Below are positions 13,211 to 28,015 of a stretch of 64,000 bases of DNA, piece by piece. The DNA lies in assembly GCA_963749075.1 (NCBI GenBank), contig CAVVLJ010000004.1, positions 484,477-548,476 of the forward strand, read 5' to 3'. A program made the translations under genes and the position numbers. Numbering within the stretch: position 1 is the stretch's first letter; each line of letters starts with the position of its first letter. The stretch comes from an uncultured Pseudomonadota bacterium. GTDB taxonomy: Bacteria > Pseudomonadota > Alphaproteobacteria > JACZXZ01. A model generated the notes under the pieces. It had not been told where the DNA came from, made no database searches, and worked only from the letters and a program-made list of their open reading frames with translations.

Positions 13211-13450
13211 GGGCAGACTATAGCGTGGCACCCGAATGCCACAAAAGCGCGCGCGGCGGCGGGCCGGGAGATCTTCGGGGGCGATGCCGCGGCGCTGCCG
13301 CCGCCCGACGCGGCGGCGCACGCAGGCGCCGGGCCGGCGGGGAGGCCGGCTTAGCTCACGATCTTGTCGTTTGGCTTGTCGGCAGCGAGCTTTTATCACT
13401 ATATGTTGTATATTGGTCCGCGTCAGCATCGCCAGAGGCGGCCAGCTGCG

Positions 13451-16375
<2,925 letters not shown>

Positions 16376-16391
16376 GCTTGGCCCCGCCGCG

Positions 16392-17512
16392 TCAGTCGAG
16401 CGTCTCGCGGTAGGACCAGATGGCGATGGCTGCCGCCGCCAGCGTGAAGGCGGCGATCGGCCATAGTTCCGGCACGATCTCGGCGGCCCCGTTGCCCTTA
16501 AGCAGGATGCCGCGCACGATGCGGAAGGCGTGCGTGGTGGGAAAGACCTCGCCGATCCATTGCGCCCAGACCGGCATGCCGCGGAAGGGAAACATGAAGC
16601 CGGAGAGCAGGATCGACGGCAGCAGGGTGAATTGCGCCATCTGCATGGCCTGCATCTGGTTGGTCGCGATCGTCGAGAAGGTGAAGCCGAGCGCCAGATT
16701 GCTCGCGATGAAGAGCCCGAGCGCCAGCATGAGGAGGGGAATCGAGCCGCGCACCGGCAGATGGAAGACCGCCGCGGAGATCGCCATGATCAGGATGACC
16801 TGGATATAGCCGATCGCGATGTAGGGAACGATCTTGGCGAGCATGACCTCGACCGGGCGCACCGGCATGGCGAGGAGATTCTCCATCGTGCCGCGCTCCC
16901 GCTCGCGGGTGATCGACAAGGAGGTGACGATCAGCGTGGAGAAGAGGAGGACGACGCACATGAGCCCGGGCACGATGTTGAGGACCGTGAGCTGCTCCGG
17001 GTTGTAGCGTGCGTGGAGCACGAAGCCGAAGGGCGCGGTCGCGGGCTGCGAGCGGAGAAGCGGCGGCAGGTCGCGGTCGAGCGACCCGGCGAGGGCGGCG
17101 AGTGCGGCGGTGGCGTTGCCGATCGCCGTCGGATCGGTCGCGTCGGCGTCGACGAGTATCTGGGGCGCCTCGCCGCGATCGACCGAGCGAGCGAAGTCCG
17201 GCGGAATGTCGATGACGAAGAGAAGCTCGCCTTCCGCCAGCGCCCGCTCCGCCGCGGCCTCGGACGCGAGCGGACGGATGTCGTAGTAGCCGGTGTTGGC
17301 GAGCGCGGCAAGGATCGAGCGCTCGTAGCGCGAATGATCCGCCGAGAGAACTCCCGTCGGCAGGTGCTTGGGATCGGTGTTGATGGCGTATCCGAAGAGG
17401 AAGAGCTGCATGACCGGCAGCGCTATGATCATGCGCAGCGTCAAGGGATCGCGCAGCACCTGGATGCACTCCTTGCGCAGCACGGCGGCGAAGCGCCGGA
17501 GGGAGAGGCCCC

Positions 17513-17516
<4 letters not shown>
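16392..17516 (-). CDS. ABC-2 transporter permease (YbhR/YbhS-like)
   Basis: KECIQVLRDP, LFGYAINTDP, TRERERGTMENLLAMP, LLSGFMFP; GTG start overlaps the ATPase stop. Confidence 0.93.
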
Positions 17517-18426
<910 letters not shown>

Positions 18427-18430
<4 letters not shown>

Positions 18431-19422
18431 GGCCGCCCGCCCGCGGCGGCCGCCCGGACCTCCATGGGCTGGCCGGGATTGACGAGGGTCGCCTGATCCG
18501 CCCGCGGCCGGGCCTCGATGAGATAGACGAGCTTCGCCCGCGTCGATTCGCTGTAGATCACGGGCGGGGTGTATTCCGCCTGGGGCGAGATGAACGAGAT
18601 CGTGCCGACGAGGCCGGCGGGACAGCCGTCGCAGCTGAAGGCGACGGGGTCGCCGCGGTGGAGCGACGAAAGGGCCGGCTCCGGGACGAAGAAGCGCACG
18701 AAGATGTTTCCCGGCGGCAGGATCGACACCACGGGAGCGCCGGCGGCCATCGTCTCGCCGGGCCGCGCGAGCACGTCGGCGACGCGCCCGCCGATGGGGG
18801 CGGCGACGCTCCTCTGGGCGAGCCGCCATTCGGCCATCGCGAGCGCGGCGCGCGCCGCCTCGGCCGCGGCTTGCTGCGCCTTGATCTCCCCGGCACGGCC
18901 GAGGGGCGCCTCGGCTTGCGCGAGTGCCGCCTCCGCGGCCTGCACCTTGGCCTCGGCCGAGCGGCGGTCGGCGCGGAAGTGATCAACGTCCTCTTTCGAG
19001 TTGCCGCCGATGCGCAATTGCGCTTCGCCGCGGTCGAGATCGAGGCGCGACCGCACGAGCGTGGCACGGGCATCCTCGAGGCTCGCCGCGGCCTGCGCGA
19101 TCTCCGTCGCCTTGCTCGCGGCTTCGAGATTGGCGAGCTGCTCTTGCGCCTGGGCGAGCTGGCGCGCCGCCTGGTCGCGCTCGGCGCGCTCGGCGGTGTC
19201 GTCCTCAGCGAAGAGCGGCGCCCCCGCGGCGATACGGTCGCCGCGCTCGACCGCGACGGCGGTGAGCAGACCCTCCAAGACCGGCGCCACCTTGACGTAA
19301 TCGGCCTCGCCGTAGCCCTGCCAAGCCGGTGGTGCCGCGCTGCGATGGCGCCACCACCACAGCGACGCAGCACCCCCGCCGATGGCGAGAAGGGCGAGCA
19401 GAATGAGAAGCGTACGCCGCAT
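18427..19422 (-). CDS. HlyD/YbhG-like membrane fusion protein
   Basis: N-terminal TM, coiled-coil, ISPQAEYTPPVIYS, PGQPMEV. Confidence 0.93.
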
Positions 19423-19490
19423 CGCCGGGCCTCGCGCAAGCGGTGGAGCGCCGATCCGCGGATGGACTGCGGCGGCGGAAATAATTATGA

Positions 19491-19512
19491 TACGATACTG
19501 TATTGTATCGTA
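19491..19512. promoter_or_regulatory. Palindromic operator TACGATAC-N6-GTATCGTA (probable TetR site)
   Basis: Perfect 8-bp inverted repeat in the AT-rich gap between the divergent hlyD and tetR genes. Confidence 0.75.
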
Positions 19513-19577
19513 ATCCGGCGCAAGCGCTTTTGCCTTTCTCGGCGCTGCGGCGAAACCGCTTTGGCGAGCGTGCGGCG

Positions 19578-20243
19578 ATGGGCGGAAGAAGGATCGGAAG
19601 GCCGGCGCCGGCGGCGGCGCGCAGGGTGCCGGGGAGGCCGCGCAGCTCGGCGGCCGACGCGGCGATCCTGCGCGCCGGTCTCGAGCTCTTCGTCGAGCAC
19701 GGCATCGGCGGCGCCAGCATCCAGCAGATCGCCAGGCGTGCCGGCGTCTCGCGCGCCACCATCTACCGGCGCTGGCCGGGCCGCGAGGAGCTCCTGGCGC
19801 AGGCCATCGAAGCGTGGAGGAACGCCAGCGGGCTCACCGCCGAGGTGGTCGACCGCACGCCGCCCGCGGCGTTCCCGAGGCTCCTGCTCGACGCCTGCAA
19901 GATGCTGGCGCGGCCGGAGATCCGCAACGTCATGGCGCGCCTCTTGGGCTCGCTGCCGGACTACCCGCAGCTGATGGCGGTCTATCGCGAGAGCTATTTC
20001 CTGCCCAGGCGACAGGCCTTCTTGCAGGCGCTCGAGCGGGCGCGGACGGCGGGCGTGCTCGCGCCGGGCGCCGACGTCCAGACGCTCGCCGAGATGATCG
20101 CCGGTGCCTTGATGCATCGGCTGCTGTTTGCACCGCCGGCGGAGAACGCGGCCCGCGAGCTGCGCGCCTTCTTGACGAAGCTCCTTCGGCAGGCGGGGTT
20201 CCGCCTCCCCCGCTCGCCGAGGAAGGCGCGGCGGAAGTCATGA
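19578..20243 (+). CDS. TetR/AcrR family regulator
   Basis: GRPRS...IARRAGVSRATIYRRW HTH. Confidence 0.93.
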   Translation: MGGRRIGRPAPAAARRVPGRPRSSAADAAILRAGLELFVEHGIGGASIQQIARRAGVSRATIYRRWPGREELLAQAIEAWRNASGLTAEVVDRTPPAAFPRLLLDACKMLARPEIRNVMARLLGSLPDYPQLMAVYRESYFLPRRQAFLQALERARTAGVLAPGADVQTLAEMIAGALMHRLLFAPPAENAARELRAFLTKLLRQAGFRLPRSPRKARRKS

Positions 20244-20314
20244 CCGGCATCGGCGCCATGAGCGAGCTCGCTGCCGTTGCCGACCGGCCACGGCGGCTTT
20301 TGTCGGTTGCGGGT

Positions 20315-21039
20315 GTGCGCCGTGACAAGGCGGCGCTTTCCAGTGGGTGCAAGGCCCACCCGGCAACCGCTCCAGCCGGAAGCAATCGGAGCAGTCATGG
20401 AGGTAACGAAATGACTGAAGCCTCTGATTAGCGTGTCACGAATTGGTGACAGCGCGAGTGTGCAGGCCGCAACGTGAGTGAACGCTGAGCAAGCCTCGAA
20501 AAGGACGATGCACAGGCCAACCCGACGACCCTTTCGGGGAAGGCTGATACGGCTGGGAGATATGAGCGAAGACGACTTCCAGCTGCTGTGCCGGGGTAGT
20601 GGCGGCAGCATGTACACAAGGAAAGCGCACGCAACACGGGAAGCCCCGAGGCGTGGTCAGGGATGACCAACCGGACGCCCGCGAGGGACAGGCCGGGCGC
20701 CCTGGGGTGGCGGAGAGGTTCGTAGTACCGCTGAAGCCGGGTAACGCCGGTGGAGGGAAGGGACCTCAGTTCAAGACAGACGCAATACGCGGTGAAGGAC
20801 CTGGAGATTGGGCAACCTATCAACTCCGAAGAGTGTTCAGAAACTGCAGATGGTGTTGCACGCGAACTGTGAAGGCGTGAGGTCTTGTCCGAGAGCCGGA
20901 TGCGGGAGATCCGCATGTCCGGTTCGATGAGCGGGGTGTGGAAACGGAGCCAGGGTCGAACCAGTGAGGCACCGCCAGACGAAAGGGGCGGCAACAGATA
21001 TGTTCGGCCTACAGCCACCGCGCCACACCTCGACTCTAC
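20315..21039 (+). mobile_element. ORF-less (internally deleted) group II intron, 725 nt
   Basis: 5' GTGCG at 20315; DV GAGCCGGATGCGGGAGATCCGCATGTCCGGTTC at 20893-20925; DVI ending CTCGACTCTAC at 21039. Only the RT start (LGNLSTPKSVQKLQMVLHA, 20808) and the last codons (GAAGGCGTGA) remain. Confidence 0.92.
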
Positions 21040-21372
21040 CCCGCAACCAGCGTAATTTGCATGCCCGGAAGCGCCGAATCCCGCGCGCGCCGTTCGGTTG
21101 AGGGCACCTTCAGAAGGGCGCAGAAGGATAGCGGCCGCCGCCGGAGCGACTGTCGCGATGGCGATCCGCCGACAGCGGGCTCGGCGCTGGATCCATATCG
21201 GCGAGGGCCGTACAACGGTCGAAGGCCGGCGGCGTCGGCATTGGCTTGTCAAAATTCGCAGGTTGGGACAGATTTGGACTCGTACTGGCTTCCGTCTGGA
21301 GAATGCCGGCTTACATGATTATCCTCCACTGTCTTGCGAATGAAATATATCTGGAACTTCCAGGTTGAGAAC

Positions 21373-21792
21373 ATGAAAAGGTCGGGCGCGAGCCAAGGCC
21401 AGTCGGCATCGGAGCTCATCTCGAAAAGAATCGCCGAACTCGGGGACTGGCGCGGGGAAACCCTCGGCAGAATGCGCAAGCTCATCAAGGAAGCAGACCC
21501 GGACGTCGTCGAGGAGTGGAAGTGGATGGGCACTCCGGTTTGGTCGCACGACGGCATCATCTGCACTGGCGAATCCTACAAGAATGTCGTGAAGCTTACC
21601 TTCTTCAAGGGCGCGTCTCTGAAGGATCGGGCCCGTCTCTTCAACTCGAGTCTCGACGGAAACGCACGCCGCGCGATCGACATCCGCGAAGGAGAAGAAG
21701 TCGACGAGTCCGCCTTCAAGGCGCTCGTTCGCCAAGCGGTCGCCCTCAACAGTTCTGGCAAGTCGAAACCTTCGAAGAAAGCGAAGTCCTAA
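21373..21792 (+). CDS. DUF1801 (YdhG-like) protein
   Basis: [48 protein letters not shown]. Confidence 0.92.
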   Translation: MKRSGASQGQSASELISKRIAELGDWRGETLGRMRKLIKEADPDVVEEWKWMGTPVWSHDGIICTGESYKNVVKLTFFKGASLKDRARLFNSSLDGNARRAIDIREGEEVDESAFKALVRQAVALNSSGKSKPSKKAKS

Positions 21793-21990
21793 GGGATTCC
21801 GCCCCTGAACGGGTCCGAAATCGGGGTGGCGGAGGTGTCGTTCCGCCCGAGCGTACCTAGGTTGAAGATGGCCTCGACAGTCGCAAGGAGCGAATAGCGG
21901 CTTAGTGCTGCGGGCGATATGGGATTAAATCTCACGGTTGCGTGACGAAGTACTTGCTGCGGGTGCGGCATCCGCCCCGGGGGCGAGACG

Positions 21991-22119
21991 GTGGCGTTCT
22001 CGATTATCCCGACCGTCTTGGGCATCGGGGCGTTCTGCGCGCTTTTGTACGAATTGGCGGTCTATGCCCTGCCCGCCTTCGTTGGCTTCTCGGTCGGCTT
22101 TTGGGCGATCCATACGTAG
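21991..22119 (+). pseudogene. Truncated ICE-associated small membrane protein remnant
   Basis: VAFSIIPTVLGIGAFCALLYELAVYALPAFVGFSVGFWAIHT*; the LAVYALP motif resembles alphaproteobacterial ICE cargo. Confidence 0.4.
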
Positions 22120-22224
22120 ATCGCTTGAACGAGATTCGTCATCGCATAGCGAGCCCGGCAACCATGGGTGCCCCCTATCGCGATCGCAACATATGCCGGC
22201 ATTCACCCTTGTTCCGTCGGTTCG

Positions 22225-24240
22225 TCAGAGAAGCGCAATGATCAGGATGGCCACGAGCAGCGCACCGATCAGCGAGAGATAAAAATTGAGATGGCCGGAC
22301 TGGATGATGCGCAATCTCGCGGCAACGGCGATGACCAGCCTCTCCAGCGGCGCGAACAGGTACGGCCCGAAAATCGGCGCCACATCGTGGCTGAACACCA
22401 GTCTTCGCACGAAGTACGGCTGGCCGTCCGATTCATGGGCAAGCTCGTGCTCCGTCTCGACGGTAGGCCGGTAGATGAAGCTGTAGAAAGTGCGGAGCGC
22501 GTTGGAGAAGGTGAGCGCCGTGGTCGCCGCCTGGCTCGCATCCTGGTCGCGACCGCCATACCACACCGAGGCACGGCGCACGGCGAAGCGCCTCGTCAGC
22601 AGCAGCAAGCCGAGCGGAACGAGAGCGAGGAGCGGCATCACGACCACGAGCAGGGTCGGCGAGATGAAGGCGAAGGTCTCGGGCACCCGGATCGGCGCCC
22701 CGGTGGCCGGCACGAGGAGCGGCCCGACGTGCATCTTGGCGACGGCCGTGGTGCCGAACTCCCGAGCGACGGCGGTGCCGAGGGAGTCGAGCCAGAGCGG
22801 CATCCCCACCGCCAGTGCCAAGACCAGCAGCCCGAGAAGGCCAACCGCAAGCGAAGCCGCGGCCGGCACCCGGCCGTTCTTGCTCTCGCTGCGGCCCAGC
22901 AGGCCGATGCCGAAGAGCTTGATGAAGATCGCGAAGGCGATGGCCGCCGTGAGCGCCAGCCCGGCGCCGGCCAGCGCCGTCGTCAGCCGGCTCGCGAGGC
23001 TGGTGAGGTGGAAGCCCTGGAAGAAGGTCTGGAAGAGATACCATTCGCTGACGAAGCCGGCCTGGGGCGGCATCGCAGCCAGGCTCATCGCCGCGAAAAG
23101 CGCGCCGAGACCGAATATCCAGGAGCTGCGGGCCAAAATCCCGCGCTGGACGAGCCTGTAGTCGCCGACCGCGCGGTAGACGCCGTCGGCCGCGAGAAAC
23201 AGCGCGCCCTTCGCGAGCGCGTGCCCCGCGAGATGCAGGAGGGCGACGGTCCAGGCAAGACTGGCGAGATCCATGAGGCCGTCCTGGCGGAACATCAGCG
23301 CTGCCCCGAGCAGGCAAACCGCTATCGAGCCGTTCTCGGCCGAGGACAGGCTCAGGAGCTCGCGCCAGGCCTCCTGCTGGAAGGCATAGAGGGCGGTGAG
23401 GATGGCGCTCACCACGGCAATGGCGACGACGAAGATGCCGGCGAGCGAGACCGGCAGCGCGTGGTCGGCCGGCAGCCATTCGATGAGGCCGCGGCTCAGC
23501 GCGAAAAAGGCGGCATTGAGGACGATGCCCGAGAGGAAGGCGCCGGTGGCACCGCTGCCAGCACCATAGGCGCCGGGGAACCATTCGTAGAACGGCAGCA
23601 GGCCGAGCTTGGCGCCGAAGCCGATGAGCAGCAACAGGCCGACAAAGAGCTGCTCGGCGCGCGGCATCGCCGATGCGGCGGCGGCAAAATCGTCGAAGGA
23701 CAGGCTGCGGGCGTGGCCGGCGAGGAGGATGAAGGCGAGAATGAGTGCCACCGCACCGGCCTCGAGCAGGGCCAGCATGAAGAGGACCGGCCGGCCCCTC
23801 TCGGGCGCCAGATCCTCGGAGAGGATCATCACGGCGCCGCCCAGGCTCATGATCTCCCAGGCCACGAGGAAGCTTGCGGCGTCCTGCAGGCCGAAGACGC
23901 CGAGCGCGCCGATCAGGCTCGCGGCCGCCCCGAAGATCCAGCCGCCCTGGCGCGGCGCCGGCGTACCGAGCCAGGACGCGAGCACCGCCCCGGCCAGGCC
24001 AAAGCCGAGGAGCCAGAGCGCCTGCGGCGAGAGACGGAAGACGGCGCCGGCGGGCCCGATCCCGAGCATCGTATGAATGGGCGGCAGCCCTTCGGGCAGC
24101 GCCGCTACGACGAGGATGAGAAGGGCGATGCCGCCGGCCCCGAGCAGCGCTTTGGCCGCGCCGTGCGCGCTGCCGATGAGCCCGAGCAGTGCCGCGATCA
24201 GCCACGCGGCCAGGACCACGGCGAGGAGCTCAGCCGACAA
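22225..24240 (-). CDS. hyfB: Ehr complex 1: HyfB-like (NuoL/MrpA-type) antiporter-like subunit
   Basis: FLVAWEIMS, GAKLGLLPFYEWFP, HALAKGALFL, GFVSEW, QSGHLNFYL. Confidence 0.88.
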   Translation of the reverse strand: MSAELLAVVLAAWLIAALLGLIGSAHGAAKALLGAGGIALLILVVAALPEGLPPIHTMLGIGPAGAVFRLSPQALWLLGFGLAGAVLASWLGTPAPRQGGWIFGAAASLIGALGVFGLQDAASFLVAWEIMSLGGAVMILSEDLAPERGRPVLFMLALLEAGAVALILAFILLAGHARSLSFDDFAAAASAMPRAEQLFVGLLLLIGFGAKLGLLPFYEWFPGAYGAGSGATGAFLSGIVLNAAFFALSRGLIEWLPADHALPVSLAGIFVVAIAVVSAILTALYAFQQEAWRELLSLSSAENGSIAVCLLGAALMFRQDGLMDLASLAWTVALLHLAGHALAKGALFLAADGVYRAVGDYRLVQRGILARSSWIFGLGALFAAMSLAAMPPQAGFVSEWYLFQTFFQGFHLTSLASRLTTALAGAGLALTAAIAFAIFIKLFGIGLLGRSESKNGRVPAAASLAVGLLGLLVLALAVGMPLWLDSLGTAVAREFGTTAVAKMHVGPLLVPATGAPIRVPETFAFISPTLLVVVMPLLALVPLGLLLLTRRFAVRRASVWYGGRDQDASQAATTALTFSNALRTFYSFIYRPTVETEHELAHESDGQPYFVRRLVFSHDVAPIFGPYLFAPLERLVIAVAARLRIIQSGHLNFYLSLIGALLVAILIIALL

Positions 24241-25036
24241 GGCGTCCTCCCCTTGCCCGCTGCGGCAGGCGGTCGAGGAACATGAGCAGCGCCTCGATGA
24301 TCGCGGCAGGATTGGGCGGGCAGCCCGGCAGATAGAGATCGACCGGCAAGACCCCTTCGAGCCCGTTACCGCAGGCGTAGCCTCCGCCGGCGATCCCCCC
24401 CGAGACGGCGCAGGTGCCGACGGCCATCACCCAGCGCGGCTCCGGCATCGCCTGGTAGGCCCGCTGCAAGGGCTCGCGCATGGCATAGCTGACCGGGCCC
24501 GTGACGAGCAGCAGGTCGGCGAAGCGCGGCGACGGCGTGAAGAAGACGCCGAAGCGGTGCAGGTTGTAGAACGGATTGTTGAGGGCCTGGAGCTCGGACT
24601 CGCAGCCGTTGCAGGAGCCGGCATCGACATGGCGGATGTGGAGGCTGCGCCGGAAGCCGTCGCGGGAGGCCGCCGCCGCTTGGCCGGAGACCTCGGCCTT
24701 GCCCTCGGAGAGCAGCAAGTCCGCCCGCTCGCGGACGCCGAACGCCCAGTCGAAGGAGGCCGTTGCCGCGTCGTTGGGGCAGGCCTCGACGCAAAGCTGA
24801 CAGGCAATGCAGCGTCCGTAATCGACCGCGAGCCGGTCCTGACCCGTTTCACCCGCCGCGACCGTGATCGCGGACGTCGGGCAAACGGCGGCGCATTCCT
24901 TGCACGCGGGCGCGCACTTCTGCGGCTCGAAGCGCGGCATGCCGAGCACGCCCTCCTGGCCGGCGTCGGGACCGCCCTTGGGCCAGCGCGTGGTCGCCTT
25001 GCCCTTCTCCAGTCCGAAGAATGTCCAGAGCGGCAT
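24230..25036 (-). CDS. Ehr complex 1: fused 2x[4Fe-4S] ferredoxin (HyfH/NuoI-like) + HyfI/NuoB-like small subunit
   Basis: CAPACKECAAVCP, CIACQLCVEACP, DAGSCNGCESE, GTCAVSGG, PGCPP. Confidence 0.9.
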   Translation of the reverse strand: MPLWTFFGLEKGKATTRWPKGGPDAGQEGVLGMPRFEPQKCAPACKECAAVCPTSAITVAAGETGQDRLAVDYGRCIACQLCVEACPNDAATASFDWAFGVRERADLLLSEGKAEVSGQAAAASRDGFRRSLHIRHVDAGSCNGCESELQALNNPFYNLHRFGVFFTPSPRFADLLLVTGPVSYAMREPLQRAYQAMPEPRWVMAVGTCAVSGGIAGGGYACGNGLEGVLPVDLYLPGCPPNPAAIIEALLMFLDRLPQRARGGRLVG

Positions 25037-25044
25037 GGCCTCCC

Positions 25045-26553
25045 TCAGCGATCGCAGCCCGCGACAGTGAGGCCGAAGCTCGCCTCGTTGATGGCATAGT
25101 CCATCATGTTGCTGTCGTGGACGGTGAAGGGAAAAACGCGCCAGTTGGAGTAGGACGGCGACTTGATCTTGACGCGCGACAGCGCGCCGCGATCGTCGAA
25201 ATGCACGGCGTAGAACAGGGAGCCCCGCGGCGATTCCGCCCAGCCCAGTCCCTCCGCATCGGGCGGCGGCAGGCAATCGGCATGCACCGGGCCCTCGTCG
25301 AGCAGCAGCAAGACCCGCTGCATCAGGGCTATGCTCGCCTCGATCTCGGCCATTCGGACCTGCGCCCGCGCGCGGGCGTCCCCGCTCGTCTTGACCGGCA
25401 CGGCGAGCGGCAGCTCGCCGTAAGCCGCATAGGGATGGTCCCGCCGCAGATCGCGGTCGAACCCCGACGCCCGCTGGATGGGTCCCGTCGCTCCCTGATC
25501 GAAGGCAATCCCGCGAGGCAGGACGCCGGTCGCGATCAGCCGGTCCAGATGACTGTTCGTGTTCTCCAGCATCGTCACATAAAGCGCTATCTGGTCGCGC
25601 AGGCTTTCGAGTGCCGTGCTCAGCCACGGCCCGGGATCGAGGTCGCGCCGGAGGCCGCCCGGGATCAGGAGGCTGCGCAGGAAGCGGCTTCCGGTCAGCC
25701 GGCCGTTGATTTGCTTGGCGCGCTCCTCGAGCAGCTTGCCCTCGGCTTCGCCGACCTTGAGCGTCGTCGTGTGCGAGAGATGGCCGAGATAGTGCAGGTG
25801 GTTGTAAAGCCGCTCGAGCTCGGCGAGCAGCGAGCGCAGCATGCGCGCGCGCGGCGGCACTGCGCACCCCGCCGCCCGCTCCACCGCCTGACAGAAGGCG
25901 AGCGCATGGGCGAAGCTGCCGACGCCGGAGACCCGCTCGGCCAGGATCGTGGCCGCGGCCAGCGAGCGCCCCTCGAAACGCTTCTCCATGCCGCGGTGCT
26001 TGAAGAAGAGCTGGGGATGGCAATGGATGATGTGCTCGCCGACATAGAAGAAGATGAGCTCCGCCGACTCGACCACGTCGGCGCGCACCGGTCCGAAGGG
26101 GAGCCTCTGCACGTCGGCGCCCGCGATCTCCGGGAGGCCGCCATCGGCGGGCGAGAAGGGCAGCGCCGCGTCGGCCGGATAGGCGGGATCGAGGGGCGGC
26201 AGGACCGGATTGGCTCCTTGATGGAGGACGAGCCGGTGAGGGTCGGGATGGTCGCGGAACGCCACGCCGAATAGATCGGCGATCTCGCGCTCGTACCAGC
26301 CGAGGAGCGGGCTGATGGCGGCGACGCTCGGCAGCGGCCCGCGCGGCACGCACCGCCACATGAAGAAGTGCTCCGTCCGGCCGCGGTTTCCGACATAGCG
26401 CAGCTCGAGGCGGCCGGGACCTGCGTACCACGCGTAGGCCATCTGCATGCGGCCGCCGCCCTGGATCAGCTCGCGCACGGCTCCCGGCAGATCCTGCGGC
26501 TCGATCGGTACGATCTCGAGGGCCGGGGTCGCGCGCTCGGCTGCCATGGTCAT
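25045..26553 (-). CDS. Ehr complex 1: HyfG/NuoCD-like large subunit lacking NiFe CxxC motifs
   Basis: YEREIADLFG, HRGMEK, AERVSGVGSFAH (no CxxC), ESPRG, C-terminus ASFGLTVAGCDR. Confidence 0.9.
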   Translation of the reverse strand: MTMAAERATPALEIVPIEPQDLPGAVRELIQGGGRMQMAYAWYAGPGRLELRYVGNRGRTEHFFMWRCVPRGPLPSVAAISPLLGWYEREIADLFGVAFRDHPDPHRLVLHQGANPVLPPLDPAYPADAALPFSPADGGLPEIAGADVQRLPFGPVRADVVESAELIFFYVGEHIIHCHPQLFFKHRGMEKRFEGRSLAAATILAERVSGVGSFAHALAFCQAVERAAGCAVPPRARMLRSLLAELERLYNHLHYLGHLSHTTTLKVGEAEGKLLEERAKQINGRLTGSRFLRSLLIPGGLRRDLDPGPWLSTALESLRDQIALYVTMLENTNSHLDRLIATGVLPRGIAFDQGATGPIQRASGFDRDLRRDHPYAAYGELPLAVPVKTSGDARARAQVRMAEIEASIALMQRVLLLLDEGPVHADCLPPPDAEGLGWAESPRGSLFYAVHFDDRGALSRVKIKSPSYSNWRVFPFTVHDSNMMDYAINEASFGLTVAGCDR

Positions 26554-28015
26554 GGCACCCCCGGGGACAGCGATGCGGCGATCGACGTGAGATAGCTCCA
26601 GACGTCGGCAGGCCACCACAGGCCGAGCACGAGGAGGGGCGCCAAAGCCAGCCACATCGGGACCGCGCACCACGCGGCGATTTTGGCAGCCGGCGGTTGG
26701 GCATCGGACGGCGGGCTGTAGTACATGGAGCGAAAGTGGTTCATGAAACCGACGAAGATCACGATGAGCAGTATCGCCATGACGTAGACCGCCCAGGAGA
26801 AGGACGGCTTCAGCCCGGCCCGCATAATCGTGAACTCGCTGAGAAAGAGGCCGAAGGGCGGCGCACCGGTAATGGCAACGGCGCCGGCGAGCCATAGCGC
26901 GCCCTCGACGGGAAAGCGCCGGCTCACGCCGTTGATCCGAAGGATCTCCTTCGTGCCGTAGGCCCGCATCATGTTCCCAGCGCCGAAGAACATGAGGGAT
27001 TTGTTGAGAGAGTGGTTGAGCATGTGATAGAGCGCGCCGGCCACGCCGAGGGCGCCGCCGAAGCCGAAGCCGAGCGCCACGACACCCATATGCTCGATGC
27101 TCGAGTATGCCATCAGCCGCTTGATGCCCTGCTGGCGCACGATGAAGAGCGCGCCGATGAGGAGCGAGAGGGCGCCGAATGCGACGAGCACGAGCTGCGG
27201 AAGCTCGCCGAGATCGGCAGCGCGCAAGACGCGCAGGAACCGCACGATCCCGATCATCGCGGTGTTCAACAGCGCCCCTGACAGCATCGCCGATACCGGC
27301 GCCGGGCTTTCGCTGTGGGCGTCCGGCAGCCAGCTATGCATCGGCGCCAGCCCGACCTTCGTGCCGTAGCCGACGAGCACGAGGAGGAAGGCGAGGATCA
27401 TCAGGACCGGGTTCATCTTCGGCGCCGCCTGGCCGAGGGCCGCCCAGGTCATCTCATAGCTCGGCCCAAGGACGAAGCTGCCGCACCAGTAGAAGAGCAC
27501 GGTGCCGAGCAGCGCCAGGCTGATCCCGGCCGAGACCACCATGATGTATTTCCAGGCGGCTTCCATGCTCTCGGCGGCGCGCTCGAAGGCGACGAGGAAC
27601 GTGCTGACCAGCGTGGTGAGCTCGATCGCGATCCAATAGATGCCGACATTGTTCATGAGCGGCCCGAGCAAGCGTGGTCAGGCCGAAGCCGGCGAAGAGC
27701 GCATAGAACTTGAAGAGCCGGGCATCCTCGTTCAAGCAGCCGCATGTAGCCGACGGCATAGATCGAGGCGAGGAAATAGACGATCGCGGTGCAGAGGATG
27801 ACCCAGGCTGCGGCCCGGTCGATGATGACGTAGCCGCCCCAGAACAGCATCTCCCGTCCGTCGATCAGAAATGGCAGTGGCAAAGTGCAGGCAAAAGAGA
27901 TCGCACCGGCGATTAGGTTGAGCGCCTCGGAGATACGGGGGCGGCGCAGAACGAGGCAGCCGACGGCCGCCGCCAGAGGCGCAAGGGTGAGCGCGAGAAT
28001 GAGCGACCCGATCAT
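26550..28015 (-). pseudogene. hyfF: Ehr complex 1: HyfF-like subunit with two +1 frameshifts (real or sequencing error)
   Basis: Continuous HyfF homology over three frames; removing the extra bases at ~27734 and ~27670 gives a 487-aa ORF (paralogue is 483 aa). Confidence 0.85.

Noticed and set aside
19994-21252. ORFs 19994-20617 and 20428-21252 on the minus strand
   Set aside because: Antisense translations of the group II intron RNA.
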